Below are positions 1 to 8,825 of a stretch of DNA of 64,000 nucleotides, in pieces. The stretch lies in contig CALVZC010000005.1 of the NCBI GenBank assembly GCA_944372425.1, forward strand, positions 332 through 64,331, written 5' to 3'. Both the position numbers and the translations under genes were made by a program. Numbering within the stretch: the first letter of the stretch is position 1; every line of letters begins with the position of its first letter. The DNA is from an uncultured Bacilli bacterium. GTDB lineage: Bacteria > Bacillota_I > Bacilli_A > RF39 > UBA660. The notes beneath the pieces are model-generated. The model worked only from the letters and a program-made list of their open reading frames with translations, was not told where the DNA came from and did not search any database.

Positions 1-1627
1 TCTAGCTAAATCTTTTAATGCTATGGGTGTTAAAGAAGGGGATAATGTTGCGATTTTAACTATAAGTATGCCTTTAGTTCAACAATGTTTACTATCATTA
101 AGCAAAATTGGAGCAACAATGTCTTGGATTGATTTAAGAGTAAAAGAAAAAGACTTAATTAATTATATTAATAATGGTAACTGTAAAGCTGTTGTTGTAT
201 TTGAAGATCTATTGCCTTTAATTGAAAAAATATCTGGTTATATTAATGCTGAAAGAGTTATTGTATGCTCTCCAAAGGAATATCTTAAACCAGCAATAAA
301 AGTTCTTGCTAGTTTAAAAGATAAAAAAGAAGGTAAAAAAATAGTTATGCCTTCGGATGATAGATTTGTTAAGTTCTCTGATTTTATTAAAGAGGGAAAA
401 CATACTGGTAGTGTAAGTACTGCTGATTTTAAAATAGATAGGCCATCACTTATTGTTCAATCAAGTGGTAGTACAGGAAAACCAAAACAAATAGTTCATA
501 CAGAAAGAAACTTTAATTCAGAAGTTCAAAAAATGGCTTATGTTGATCTACCTTTCTATAAAGGTGATACAATGCATGTTTCAGTACCACCATTTATAAT
601 ATATGGACTTGCTAATTCAATCTATGCTAGTATGGCATTTACAATGAAAGCCGAAATGACTCCGTTTGTAGATGAAAATACTGTTTATAATGATTTGGGT
701 AAATTTGATATGTCTTTAGCTGCGCCATTACATTATAGATATATATTCGAACAATTAAATAATTTAAGAAAAGATATTGATCAATTACAAAAGAATAGTA
801 ATTTAAAATCTAAAAGTGAATTAAGAAAAAAATTAAAAGAATTAAATAGAGTATTAAATGGATTTAATAGAGCAAAAGTATTTGTTTCTGGCGGAGATAA
901 AATAAGTGCTGAAGAATTAATAGAAATGCAACAAGCGTTTAATACAACTATAGTTAATGGTTATGGAAACAATGAATGTTTAGGTGCAACAATTGTTTCT
1001 CCAAGATTTGCAAATAAACCTGGTAGTATTGGTGTTCCAATGCATGGAGTTGATATTAAGTTTGTTAATCCAGATACAGGGGAAGAAGCAAAAGCTGGTG
1101 AATTAGGTGAATTGTATGTTTCATCTGATAACTTATTTGTAGAATACTTAAATAATCCAGAAGAGACTTCAAAGATTAAAGTTACCGATGAAAATGGCAA
1201 GCAATGGGTTAAAACTGGTGATTTATGTATAATGGACAGTGAAGGTTATATTATTCCAAAAGGTAGAAATAGAAGATTAATTAGAAAAGATGCCTTTAAA
1301 ATAGCACCTGATACTATAGAAGAAGTAATAATATCTTTACCTTATGTTAAAGATTGTGTAGTTGTAGGTGTTGATGATGAAAAATTCATAAGTGTTCCTA
1401 TGGCATTTATTGAATTAGAAAAAAATATAAATATAAATGATGTTTATGCTGATATTGAAAATAAATGTGCTGAAGAATTACCAGATTATGAAGTACCATC
1501 ATATTTCGAACAAATAGAAGAAATGCCTTATACTTCAAATGGAAAGCACGATTTTAGAAGACTTGAAGAATTAGGGAATAATTTTGTTAAGGAAAGAAAA
1601 GGAATAACTAAAGTTTTAAAAAAATAA
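1..1627 (+). CDS. AMP-dependent acyl-CoA synthetase / class I adenylate-forming enzyme (5' end lies outside the window)
   Basis: P-loop QSSGSTGKPK, NGYGNNE, KTGDL and terminal NGKHD motifs. The frame is open from base 2 (LAKSFNA-M), so ATG23 is not the true start. Confidence 0.9.
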   Translation, partial: LAKSFNAMGVKEGDNVAILTISMPLVQQCLLSLSKIGATMSWIDLRVKEKDLINYINNGNCKAVVVFEDLLPLIEKISGYINAERVIVCSPKEYLKPAIKVLASLKDKKEGKKIVMPSDDRFVKFSDFIKEGKHTGSVSTADFKIDRPSLIVQSSGSTGKPKQIVHTERNFNSEVQKMAYVDLPFYKGDTMHVSVPPFIIYGLANSIYASMAFTMKAEMTPFVDENTVYNDLGKFDMSLAAPLHYRYIFEQLNNLRKDIDQLQKNSNLKSKSELRKKLKELNRVLNGFNRAKVFVSGGDKISAEELIEMQQAFNTTIVNGYGNNECLGATIVSPRFANKPGSIGVPMHGVDIKFVNPDTGEEAKAGELGELYVSSDNLFVEYLNNPEETSKIKVTDENGKQWVKTGDLCIMDSEGYIIPKGRNRRLIRKDAFKIAPDTIEEVIISLPYVKDCVVVGVDDEKFISVPMAFIELEKNININDVYADIENKCAEELPDYEVPSYFEQIEEMPYTSNGKHDFRRLEELGNNFVKERKGITKVLKK

Positions 1628-1665
1628 TAAATTGAAAACTGTAATGCTAAATTATAGTTTTTTTG

Positions 1666-1674
1666 TGCTATAAT
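1666..1674 (+). promoter_or_regulatory. extended -10 promoter element (TGCTATAAT)
   Basis: TGnTATAAT consensus 25 bp upstream of the ATG at 1700, with AGGATG RBS between. Confidence 0.6.
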
Positions 1675-1699
1675 CATATATAATAGGATGTGATGTTAG

Positions 1700-3616
1700 A
1701 TGAGCGGAACAATATTTTTAACTGTGTCGGCATTAATTTATACTATTGCAACTACAATTCTTTTCTTTAGGAAAGATACAATAAACAAATTAGAAAATAG
1801 AATATTTAAAAAATTACTATTGGCTTCTATTACTTCTATGCTTGTTGAATTACTAATAATTATAACTGTAAATTATGGAATTATAGGAACTATAGTTCAA
1901 AAAACATTTTTGGTATGTTTAGTATTATGGCTTTCAATTTTTATGCTCTATACATTTGCTATTACTGTATTTGATGATAAAGAATTAGAAGAAAAAAATA
2001 TAGAAAAATTTAAAGTACCGTATATTTTATTCGTTATTGCAAATTTAATTATTTATGGATTTATATATGCATTACCTATAGAATTTGTTTCAATTTCCGA
2101 TAATGTTAAATATACAAGTGGCCCTTCTGTTAATGTTGTATATGTTGTTTTAGGAGTATATGTAACATTTATGGCTATTCTAGTTTTAAAGAATATTAAA
2201 AATATGCATAAGAAAGGTTATATTCCTATAATTGGTTTTATAATATTAATGGTTACTTCTGGTATAATTCAAAAAACACATCCAGAAATGCTATTAACAA
2301 ATGCCGTCTTTGGCTTTATAATTTATTTAATGTATCATACAATTGAAAATCCTGATTTAAAAATGTTAAGACAGATGGAACTAGCTAAGGGTCAAGCTGA
2401 ACGAGCAAATCGTGCAAAATCAGATTTTTTATCAAGTATGTCTCATGAAATTAGAACGCCACTTAATGCTATCGTTGGCTTTAGCGAAGATATTCAAAGT
2501 CGTAAAAGTACAGCTGATCCTGAAATAGTAGAAGATGCAGATTATATCATGGAAGCATCTAAAACATTACTTGAAATTGTAGGAAATATTCTTGATATAA
2601 ATAAAATTGAAAGTAATAAGATGGAAATAACTGAAGTAAAATACAATTACAAAAAAACAATTGAACAACTTTCCAAAATAGACGCAATTAGAATTGGAGA
2701 AAAAAATATTAATTTTAAGATTAATTTAGCACCAGATATTCCTTATGAATTAGTTGGCGATAAAACTCATATAAAGGAGATAGTTAATAACCTACTTACT
2801 AATGCAATTAAATATACTGATGAAGGAGAAATTGAATTAAGTACAAGATGCATAAATAAAGGCAATGTTTGTAATTTAATTATTAGCGTAAGAGATACTG
2901 GTAGAGGAATAAAAGCAGAAAATATTAATAAATTATTTACTAAATTTGAAAGATTAGATGCTGAAAAGAATTCTACTACAGAAGGGACTGGTTTAGGACT
3001 AGCAATAACTAAAGCACTTGTTGATATGATGGGTGGAAAAATTAATGTTCAATCTCAATTTGGAAAAGGCAGTTTATTTGTAGTTCAAATACCACAAAAA
3101 ATTAGTCAAATGACTAATCCTAATCAAATAGTAGAAACACCTATTAAAGATCAAATAAAGGTTGGACAACAACTAGTTCAAGAAATGTCTAAAGTAGAAA
3201 ATATTGCAACTGAGTTTAGTGGAAAAAAAATACTAATAGTAGATGATAATAAATTAAATATTAAGGTCGCTCGTAGAGCATTAGATGGATTCAATTTTGA
3301 AATTGATGAATGCTATGATGGGCAAGAATGTTTAAATAAAGTTGTTAAAGGAAATGAATATGATTTAATTTTAATGGACATTATGATGCCTAATATGAGT
3401 GGAGAAACTGCTATAGCAAAATTAAAAGAAAAACCTAACTTTAATATTCCTATAATCGCTTTAACTGCTGATGCAGTTGTAGGTGCTAGAGAAAAATATT
3501 TAAGTGAAGGGTTTGTTGATTATATTGTTAAACCATTTAACAAACAACAAATAAAAGAAAAAATAGACATTATATTTGGAAGTAGTAATTCAGCACAAGA
3601 AAATAAAATGGAATAA
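1700..3616 (+). CDS. membrane-bound hybrid sensor histidine kinase / receiver
   Basis: About 7 N-terminal TM segments, H-box SHEIRTPLN, N-box NLLTNAIKYT, DTGRGI, GTGLGL, receiver ILIVDD...LMDIMMP...KPF. Confidence 0.95.
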   Translation: MSGTIFLTVSALIYTIATTILFFRKDTINKLENRIFKKLLLASITSMLVELLIIITVNYGIIGTIVQKTFLVCLVLWLSIFMLYTFAITVFDDKELEEKNIEKFKVPYILFVIANLIIYGFIYALPIEFVSISDNVKYTSGPSVNVVYVVLGVYVTFMAILVLKNIKNMHKKGYIPIIGFIILMVTSGIIQKTHPEMLLTNAVFGFIIYLMYHTIENPDLKMLRQMELAKGQAERANRAKSDFLSSMSHEIRTPLNAIVGFSEDIQSRKSTADPEIVEDADYIMEASKTLLEIVGNILDINKIESNKMEITEVKYNYKKTIEQLSKIDAIRIGEKNINFKINLAPDIPYELVGDKTHIKEIVNNLLTNAIKYTDEGEIELSTRCINKGNVCNLIISVRDTGRGIKAENINKLFTKFERLDAEKNSTTEGTGLGLAITKALVDMMGGKINVQSQFGKGSLFVVQIPQKISQMTNPNQIVETPIKDQIKVGQQLVQEMSKVENIATEFSGKKILIVDDNKLNIKVARRALDGFNFEIDECYDGQECLNKVVKGNEYDLILMDIMMPNMSGETAIAKLKEKPNFNIPIIALTADAVVGAREKYLSEGFVDYIVKPFNKQQIKEKIDIIFGSSNSAQENKME

Positions 3617-3659
3617 TATGAAGTTGTAAAAGCATTTTCTGATATGTCTAACCCAGTAA

Positions 3660-4020
3660 GTTAAATTGATGTTACGAATGCAGTGCCTGATATAATCCAT
3701 CAGTAGATAAATTTAAAGATATTGAAGTATATGTTTTTTTGTGGATAGGTTTATTAAATACTAGATTAAAAAATTTCTATAATATATATGTATTAATAGA
3801 TTCAAAAAATGAAGCAATAAACAAAGATAATCTGACTAAAGCCATTAAAAACACTTTCAAAAAAGAAAAACAAATATTGACATAAATAAATTTAAAGAAG
3901 TTATTAATGCTTTAGGTAGTGAAGATAACATGAATCATTTATAGAATTTATATGCAAAAGAAATATAATTTGACAATACAATTTTTGCTTTAAATGAAAT
4001 AATAAATATATTAGAATTAT
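3660..4020 (+). pseudogene. eroded AbiEii-family (type IV TA) nucleotidyltransferase toxin remnant
   Basis: From 3748 it translates as GLLNTRLKNFYNIYVLIDSKNEAINKDNLTKAIKNTFKK, compared with the AbiEii motif NTRMKDFYDIY...L..AI..TF. Flanking fragments KIDVT and YAKEI*FDNTIFALNEI are broken by stops and deletions. Confidence 0.65.
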
Positions 4021-4111
4021 AATTAATGGTAGTTAATTGAATATGATAACAATCAAAGTAGAAAAAAAAATCCACTTTTTGTGTGATATAATAATATTGA
4101 GGTAAAGAGAG

Positions 4112-4516
4112 GTGAAAGAAATGAAAAAAGTAATGATTTGGATAATTCCATTGATTATTGGATTACTTCTTATAATTATAAGTTTGTTATTATTTATTAA
4201 TAGTAAAAAAGAAACTCAATATGCATTAGTAAATGATACTATAAATGGAGGTATTTACATAGACTATCCTGTTAGAGATTTCAATGAATATGTTCTTAAT
4301 GAAGGAGATACCTTCAATTTAACTTTCTCAAATGGATATGAAATAAATAATATCAAATATTATACAGATAAAGACGTAATTGATGATAACATATATCTCC
4401 TAGGAGATGAAAAGAAAATATATATAAAAATAATATCTAGAAATAATGAAGATTTGTGGAAAAAAGCTAATTTGGATATAGATTCTACAGTTAGAATAGA
4501 AACTGTAAACAAATAA
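4112..4516 (+). CDS. hypothetical membrane-anchored protein
   Basis: Single N-terminal hydrophobic helix, GAGG RBS, TGATATAAT upstream. Confidence 0.7.
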   Translation: MKEMKKVMIWIIPLIIGLLLIIISLLLFINSKKETQYALVNDTINGGIYIDYPVRDFNEYVLNEGDTFNLTFSNGYEINNIKYYTDKDVIDDNIYLLGDEKKIYIKIISRNNEDLWKKANLDIDSTVRIETVNK

Positions 4517-4558
4517 ATATACTTTAAACATATTTAAAACACTAATATACATATCTTT

Positions 4559-4600
4559 ATATTAATGATAAAATATTAATGATAAAATATTAATGATAAA
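4559..4600. repeat. tandem repeat, 3 x 14 bp (ATATTAATGATAAA)
   Basis: Three exact copies at 4559, 4573 and 4587. Confidence 0.9.
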
Positions 4601-4602
4601 AT

Positions 4603-5136
4603 ATAAGTGATCAAAGAGAAAAAATGAATAGACAAAAAGTGATATACATGAAAATTAATAAGATTTTATTAATAGCATTAGCAATAACAACACTAACATC
4701 AGTAAGTAATATTTTTGCATTTTCTCAGTTTACATCTTTTAAATCAATATCAGGTTCAATTCCTGCATTTAACGGAAGCAAATCATGGACAAAACACTTA
4801 ACACTTCAAGAAGGTGGATATGAAGGACAAGCATTAGCAAGCGTAAGAATAAGTCCAAGTTCGGATACTCTTGACGTAATATTATATAGAACAAGCCCAG
4901 GAGCAACAATAAATGGAGGATGGAAAATAATATCAAATAGGCAAGACACTGCACTAGCTTGGACAACTAATTGGGGATTTCCACCAGATGCTGACTATAA
5001 GTTAACAATTGATTCAAGATGGTATTATACAAATTCAACTTCTGTCTCTGGACAATGGGGATTCTATAACGATTAATAATTAAAAAATAATAATTGATAA
5101 TTAATAATAATTCATTTTTTATCTTTGATCACTTAT
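4603..5136. repeat. 27-bp inverted repeat pair (4603-4629 and 5110-5136) flanking the secreted-protein gene
   Basis: ATAAGTGATCAAAGAGAAAAAATGAAT versus the reverse complement of 5110-5136, ATAAGTGATCAAAGATAAAAAATGAAT: 26/27 identical. Confidence 0.9.
4624..5076 (+). CDS. secreted small beta-rich protein (likely start ATG 4648, MKINK...)
   Basis: Sec signal peptide MKINKILLIALAITTLTSVSNIFA followed by an S/T/G/W-rich mature part. Confidence 0.75.
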   Translation: MNRQKVIYMKINKILLIALAITTLTSVSNIFAFSQFTSFKSISGSIPAFNGSKSWTKHLTLQEGGYEGQALASVRISPSSDTLDVILYRTSPGATINGGWKIISNRQDTALAWTTNWGFPPDADYKLTIDSRWYYTNSTSVSGQWGFYND

Positions 5137-5145
5137 GGAGGATGA

Positions 5146-5952
5146 ATGAAAAATAGAACTTTTTTAATTTATATCATATCAATTATTTTTTTATATGTGT
5201 TCAATATTATGTTATTTTTTATCTATACAAGTGATAAATTATATCCATTTAAAAATGATATTAATTGTTACTCGTTTTGGGAATATTCAACACACAACGG
5301 TTTATTAACAATTTTCATGTTCTTACTTCCTATAGCAATTTCCATTATTACAATTAAGAGTATCAATACGAAAATAAAAGGTTCATACTTTAGGAATTAT
5401 ATAATACGAGATAATTATAAAAAACTTATAAAAAAAGAATATTTATTATGTTTGGTAAAAACAATACTTCCTTATGTTTTGATATCAACTACTATTTTTA
5501 TATTAGGTTTTTTACTATTTAAGCACGATATTACAAATATTAAATATGCTGATTTATATAGCAATTTTATTTATGATCCTATGTTTAACCCACTTACTTG
5601 TATTATTTTAGAAACGATCATAAGCATTTTCTTTTTTATACTAATAGTAAATATAGAGTTAATTGTTTACAGATTTGTCAAAAAGCTTGGATTAACTATA
5701 ATTTTCAGCTTCCTTTCATTAAATATTCTAAACTTTATTATTTCATATTTTTTCGAAATTATATCAACAATAATTAAGAATAAATATTTAAATGAGGCTT
5801 TTTATTCATTCAATATTTATCATGGATTTATTGGAAGCAAATATATCATTTTTACTTTTATAATTTTCATTCTTTTATCTACAATCAGTTTTATTTTTTT
5901 AACAAAATTATATAAAAGTAAAGAAAGGATGGTATTGGATTTTGAGCAATAA
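5146..5952 (+). CDS. multi-pass membrane protein (putative ABC permease/immunity)
   Basis: About 6 TM segments, GGAGGA RBS, operonic with the ABC ATPase. Confidence 0.75.
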   Translation: MKNRTFLIYIISIIFLYVFNIMLFFIYTSDKLYPFKNDINCYSFWEYSTHNGLLTIFMFLLPIAISIITIKSINTKIKGSYFRNYIIRDNYKKLIKKEYLLCLVKTILPYVLISTTIFILGFLLFKHDITNIKYADLYSNFIYDPMFNPLTCIILETIISIFFFILIVNIELIVYRFVKKLGLTIIFSFLSLNILNFIISYFFEIISTIIKNKYLNEAFYSFNIYHGFIGSKYIIFTFIIFILLSTISFIFLTKLYKSKERMVLDFEQ

Positions 5953-6688
5953 AATAATAAGAATTCTAAGTACTAGAATAGAATATTATGCCCTAATTAC
6001 ATATTTGTTTTTTGGAACATTTGCTTTTACAATATCATATGCAGATAATTCATACATAGATATATTATTATCGATGATCAATAATAAAATATTTTTGGTA
6101 GTCTTTATGCTACCTTCATTTGTTCTATTTTGGAATATGATTATTAAATATTCAACAAATGATTATCAAACAATAATTAGAATGGGGAAAAGGAAAAATT
6201 ATATTATTTTTTTATCAAAAGAATTAACTAAAGCATCATGTTTATTGTTCTTTCAATATATAGTATTTCAATTGATATGCATCAATCTAACATCGCACAC
6301 AAACATTTTTATATCAAATACTTATAATTATAATGTGAATGATTTTGTTTTATACATTGTTTGTGTTATAAGACTTTTTTTGAATATTATTACAATTAAA
6401 TATTTGTTTAGTTTTTTATACTTAAACATCCAAAACAAAGAATATAGCATTTTTCTAATGTTTACTTTATTTATAATTATTTATTTTTGTAATCGACTAT
6501 TCTTTATTAATAGCTTTTTAAATTACATCAACATTGGATATCATTACTATGGAATAGATCTTACTAATAACATTTATGAATTAATAATATCGAACCTATT
6601 ATTTAACTCTATATTATCAATTATTTTAATTATTTTAATGAATAAAAAGATTAAAAAGATAAACTTTTATACTGGAAACAGGAGGTAA
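5942..6688 (+). CDS. multi-pass membrane protein (putative ABC permease)
   Basis: About 6 TM segments, overlaps the previous gene, IIRMG.R loop. Confidence 0.75.
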   Translation: MSNKIIRILSTRIEYYALITYLFFGTFAFTISYADNSYIDILLSMINNKIFLVVFMLPSFVLFWNMIIKYSTNDYQTIIRMGKRKNYIIFLSKELTKASCLLFFQYIVFQLICINLTSHTNIFISNTYNYNVNDFVLYIVCVIRLFLNIITIKYLFSFLYLNIQNKEYSIFLMFTLFIIIYFCNRLFFINSFLNYINIGYHYYGIDLTNNIYELIISNLLFNSILSIILIILMNKKIKKINFYTGNRR

Positions 6689-6689
6689 T

Positions 6690-7325
6690 ATGATTACAGT
6701 TGAAACAAAAAATTTAACAAAAAAAATTGGAAATGAAATAATTTTAAAAGATGTTAATACAAAATTTGAAAACAAGAAGATATATGGTATTGTTGGACGA
6801 AATGGTTCTGGTAAAACTATGTTTTTAAAAAGTTTATGTGGTTTTTTAACACCAACAAGTGGTACTGTATTAATTAACCAAAAAGATATTTATAAAGAAG
6901 AAATGTTTTCGAATAATGTAGGAATTTCGTTTAGTAATAGTAATTATATAAAAGATCTAACAGGTTTTGAAAATTTAGAATTAATTGCTAACATAAAAAA
7001 ACAGATATCTAAAGAAGACATAATTGATGCTTTAAAAAAAGTAAACCTATTAAAAGAAAAAGATAAAAAATATGGTAAATATTCACTTGGAATGAAACAA
7101 AAACTTGATATAGCTCAAGCAATAATGGAAAAACCAGAGATTTTATTACTAGACGAACCATTCAATGGTTTAGATGACGAAAGTGTCAAATTAATTAAAA
7201 AATTAATTATAGACTTAAAAAATGGCGGAAATACAATTATTATTGCAACTCATATAAAAGACGACATCGAAAACTTTTGTGACGAAGTCATTAGATTCGA
7301 TATGGGAACTATTGTTAATAAATAA
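6690..7325 (+). CDS. ABC transporter ATP-binding protein
   Basis: GRNGSGKT, YSLGMKQK, LLLDEPFNGLD, ATH. Confidence 0.95.
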   Translation: MITVETKNLTKKIGNEIILKDVNTKFENKKIYGIVGRNGSGKTMFLKSLCGFLTPTSGTVLINQKDIYKEEMFSNNVGISFSNSNYIKDLTGFENLELIANIKKQISKEDIIDALKKVNLLKEKDKKYGKYSLGMKQKLDIAQAIMEKPEILLLDEPFNGLDDESVKLIKKLIIDLKNGGNTIIIATHIKDDIENFCDEVIRFDMGTIVNK

Positions 7326-7421
7326 AAAATTTAAATAAGCTCTTTAATAATTATTATGACATTAAATTTATTGTGGTACCCAAAAAGGAACATCATAAAT
7401 ATCATCGATAAAAACGATAAA

Positions 7422-7455
7422 AAAGAATGTAATCTATTGCTAGATTACATTCTTT
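7422..7455. terminator. perfect 15-bp hairpin, likely terminator
   Basis: AAAGAATGTAATCTA-ttgc-TAGATTACATTCTTT. Confidence 0.7.
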
Positions 7456-7596
7456 ATTTCTGACCATTATTCACCAATTATTTCTTTATAATTTTGATAT
7501 TTTTTTAGTAAATTTTAATAAACTTTAAAATGATAAAAGTCTTATTTTACAGTGTGGATTAGCCTGTTCAACACTTGGTAAAAACCTCCCCCTGAG

Positions 7597-7626
7597 CCGT
7601 CCCTTAACTGGGACGGTATTTTTTTT
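7597..7626 (+). terminator. Rho-independent terminator
   Basis: CCGTCCC-ttaact-GGGACGG followed by a T-run. Confidence 0.75.
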
Positions 7627-7894
7627 GCCAGAATTTACAAGGGTTTGCGGGGGATAGAATTCGTGATTTTTATTTTAGGTACGATTTGGGTACACAAATT
7701 TAAAATAAGTTAATAATTTTTGACAAATCTAATGAAAATTTATGTTTTTTCATTAAGATTGTCATAGTTATTCAATTACTCGGATATTATCTTTTCAAAG
7801 TTCATTTTTTGTACTTTGAAATTTCTTTTTTTATCTATATAATACTGACAAATAGGAACTTTTTTGTTATAATGTTATTAGTGGAGGTGTTAAG

Positions 7895-8748
7895 ATGTCT
7901 GAAAAAGAATTAGATTCAAGCATAAATGATTATATTGAAACAGAAACACCTAAAAACTATGTAAAACAATTACAATGGGATATGGCTATTGGACTTCAAG
8001 AAGTTGATAACTTAAAACCATCTAAGTATTTAGAAAAGTTGTTACAAGAAAATGTAACCGGTGAAAAAACAATTTACGAAGTAGAACACGAATTAAAACA
8101 ATATTATGTAGAAAAAGATAAAAATGATAAAACGATACAAGAAGAATTTGAATGTGATCTAGTTTCTACTAGAATAGTTCAATTATTAGAAGAAGATAAT
8201 TTTGAATTATCAGTAGACTATATAAAATATATTCATGAATATTTATTTAAAGATGTTTATGAATTTGCTGGAGAATTTAGAAAAGTGGATTTTTCTAAAC
8301 ATGAAAGAATTTTAAATAATGATTCAGTTGCATACGGTGATTGTAAATTATTAGAACAATCACTAGATTACGATATATCATTAGAAAAAAATAAAAACTA
8401 TGGAGAAATGAATATAGTTGATGTAATTAATAATATAACTAACTTTTCTTCAAGCATATGGCAAATAAAATACATCCATTTAGAGAAGGTAATACTAGAA
8501 CAACTGCATTATTTATAGAAAAATATTTAGTATCACTAGGATATGATGTAGATAACACTATGTTCAAAGAAAAATCAGTTTATTATAGAAATGCATTAGT
8601 AAGAAGTAATTATTTTAATAATTATTTAAATGTAAAACAAGATAATAGCTTTTTAATTAAATTCTATGAAAATTTATTATTAGGAAAGAATAATAACTTA
8701 CATTCAAGAGATTTAATTGTAGAAGAATTATTTAATAAAGAGAATTAA
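7895..8748 (+). pseudogene. Fic-domain protein with N-terminal VbhA-like antitoxin region, frameshifted
   Basis: HPFREGNTRT motif lies in the second frame. A 5-bp duplication AAATA (8463-8472) breaks W-Q-I-H-P-F. Confidence 0.88.
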
Positions 8749-8825
8749 AAAGAGGCGCTAGTACAGGCTTATAATTTAATAAGTTTTTGTATTGGTGTTT
8801 TTTAGTAGTAAAGGAAGTTAGATTA

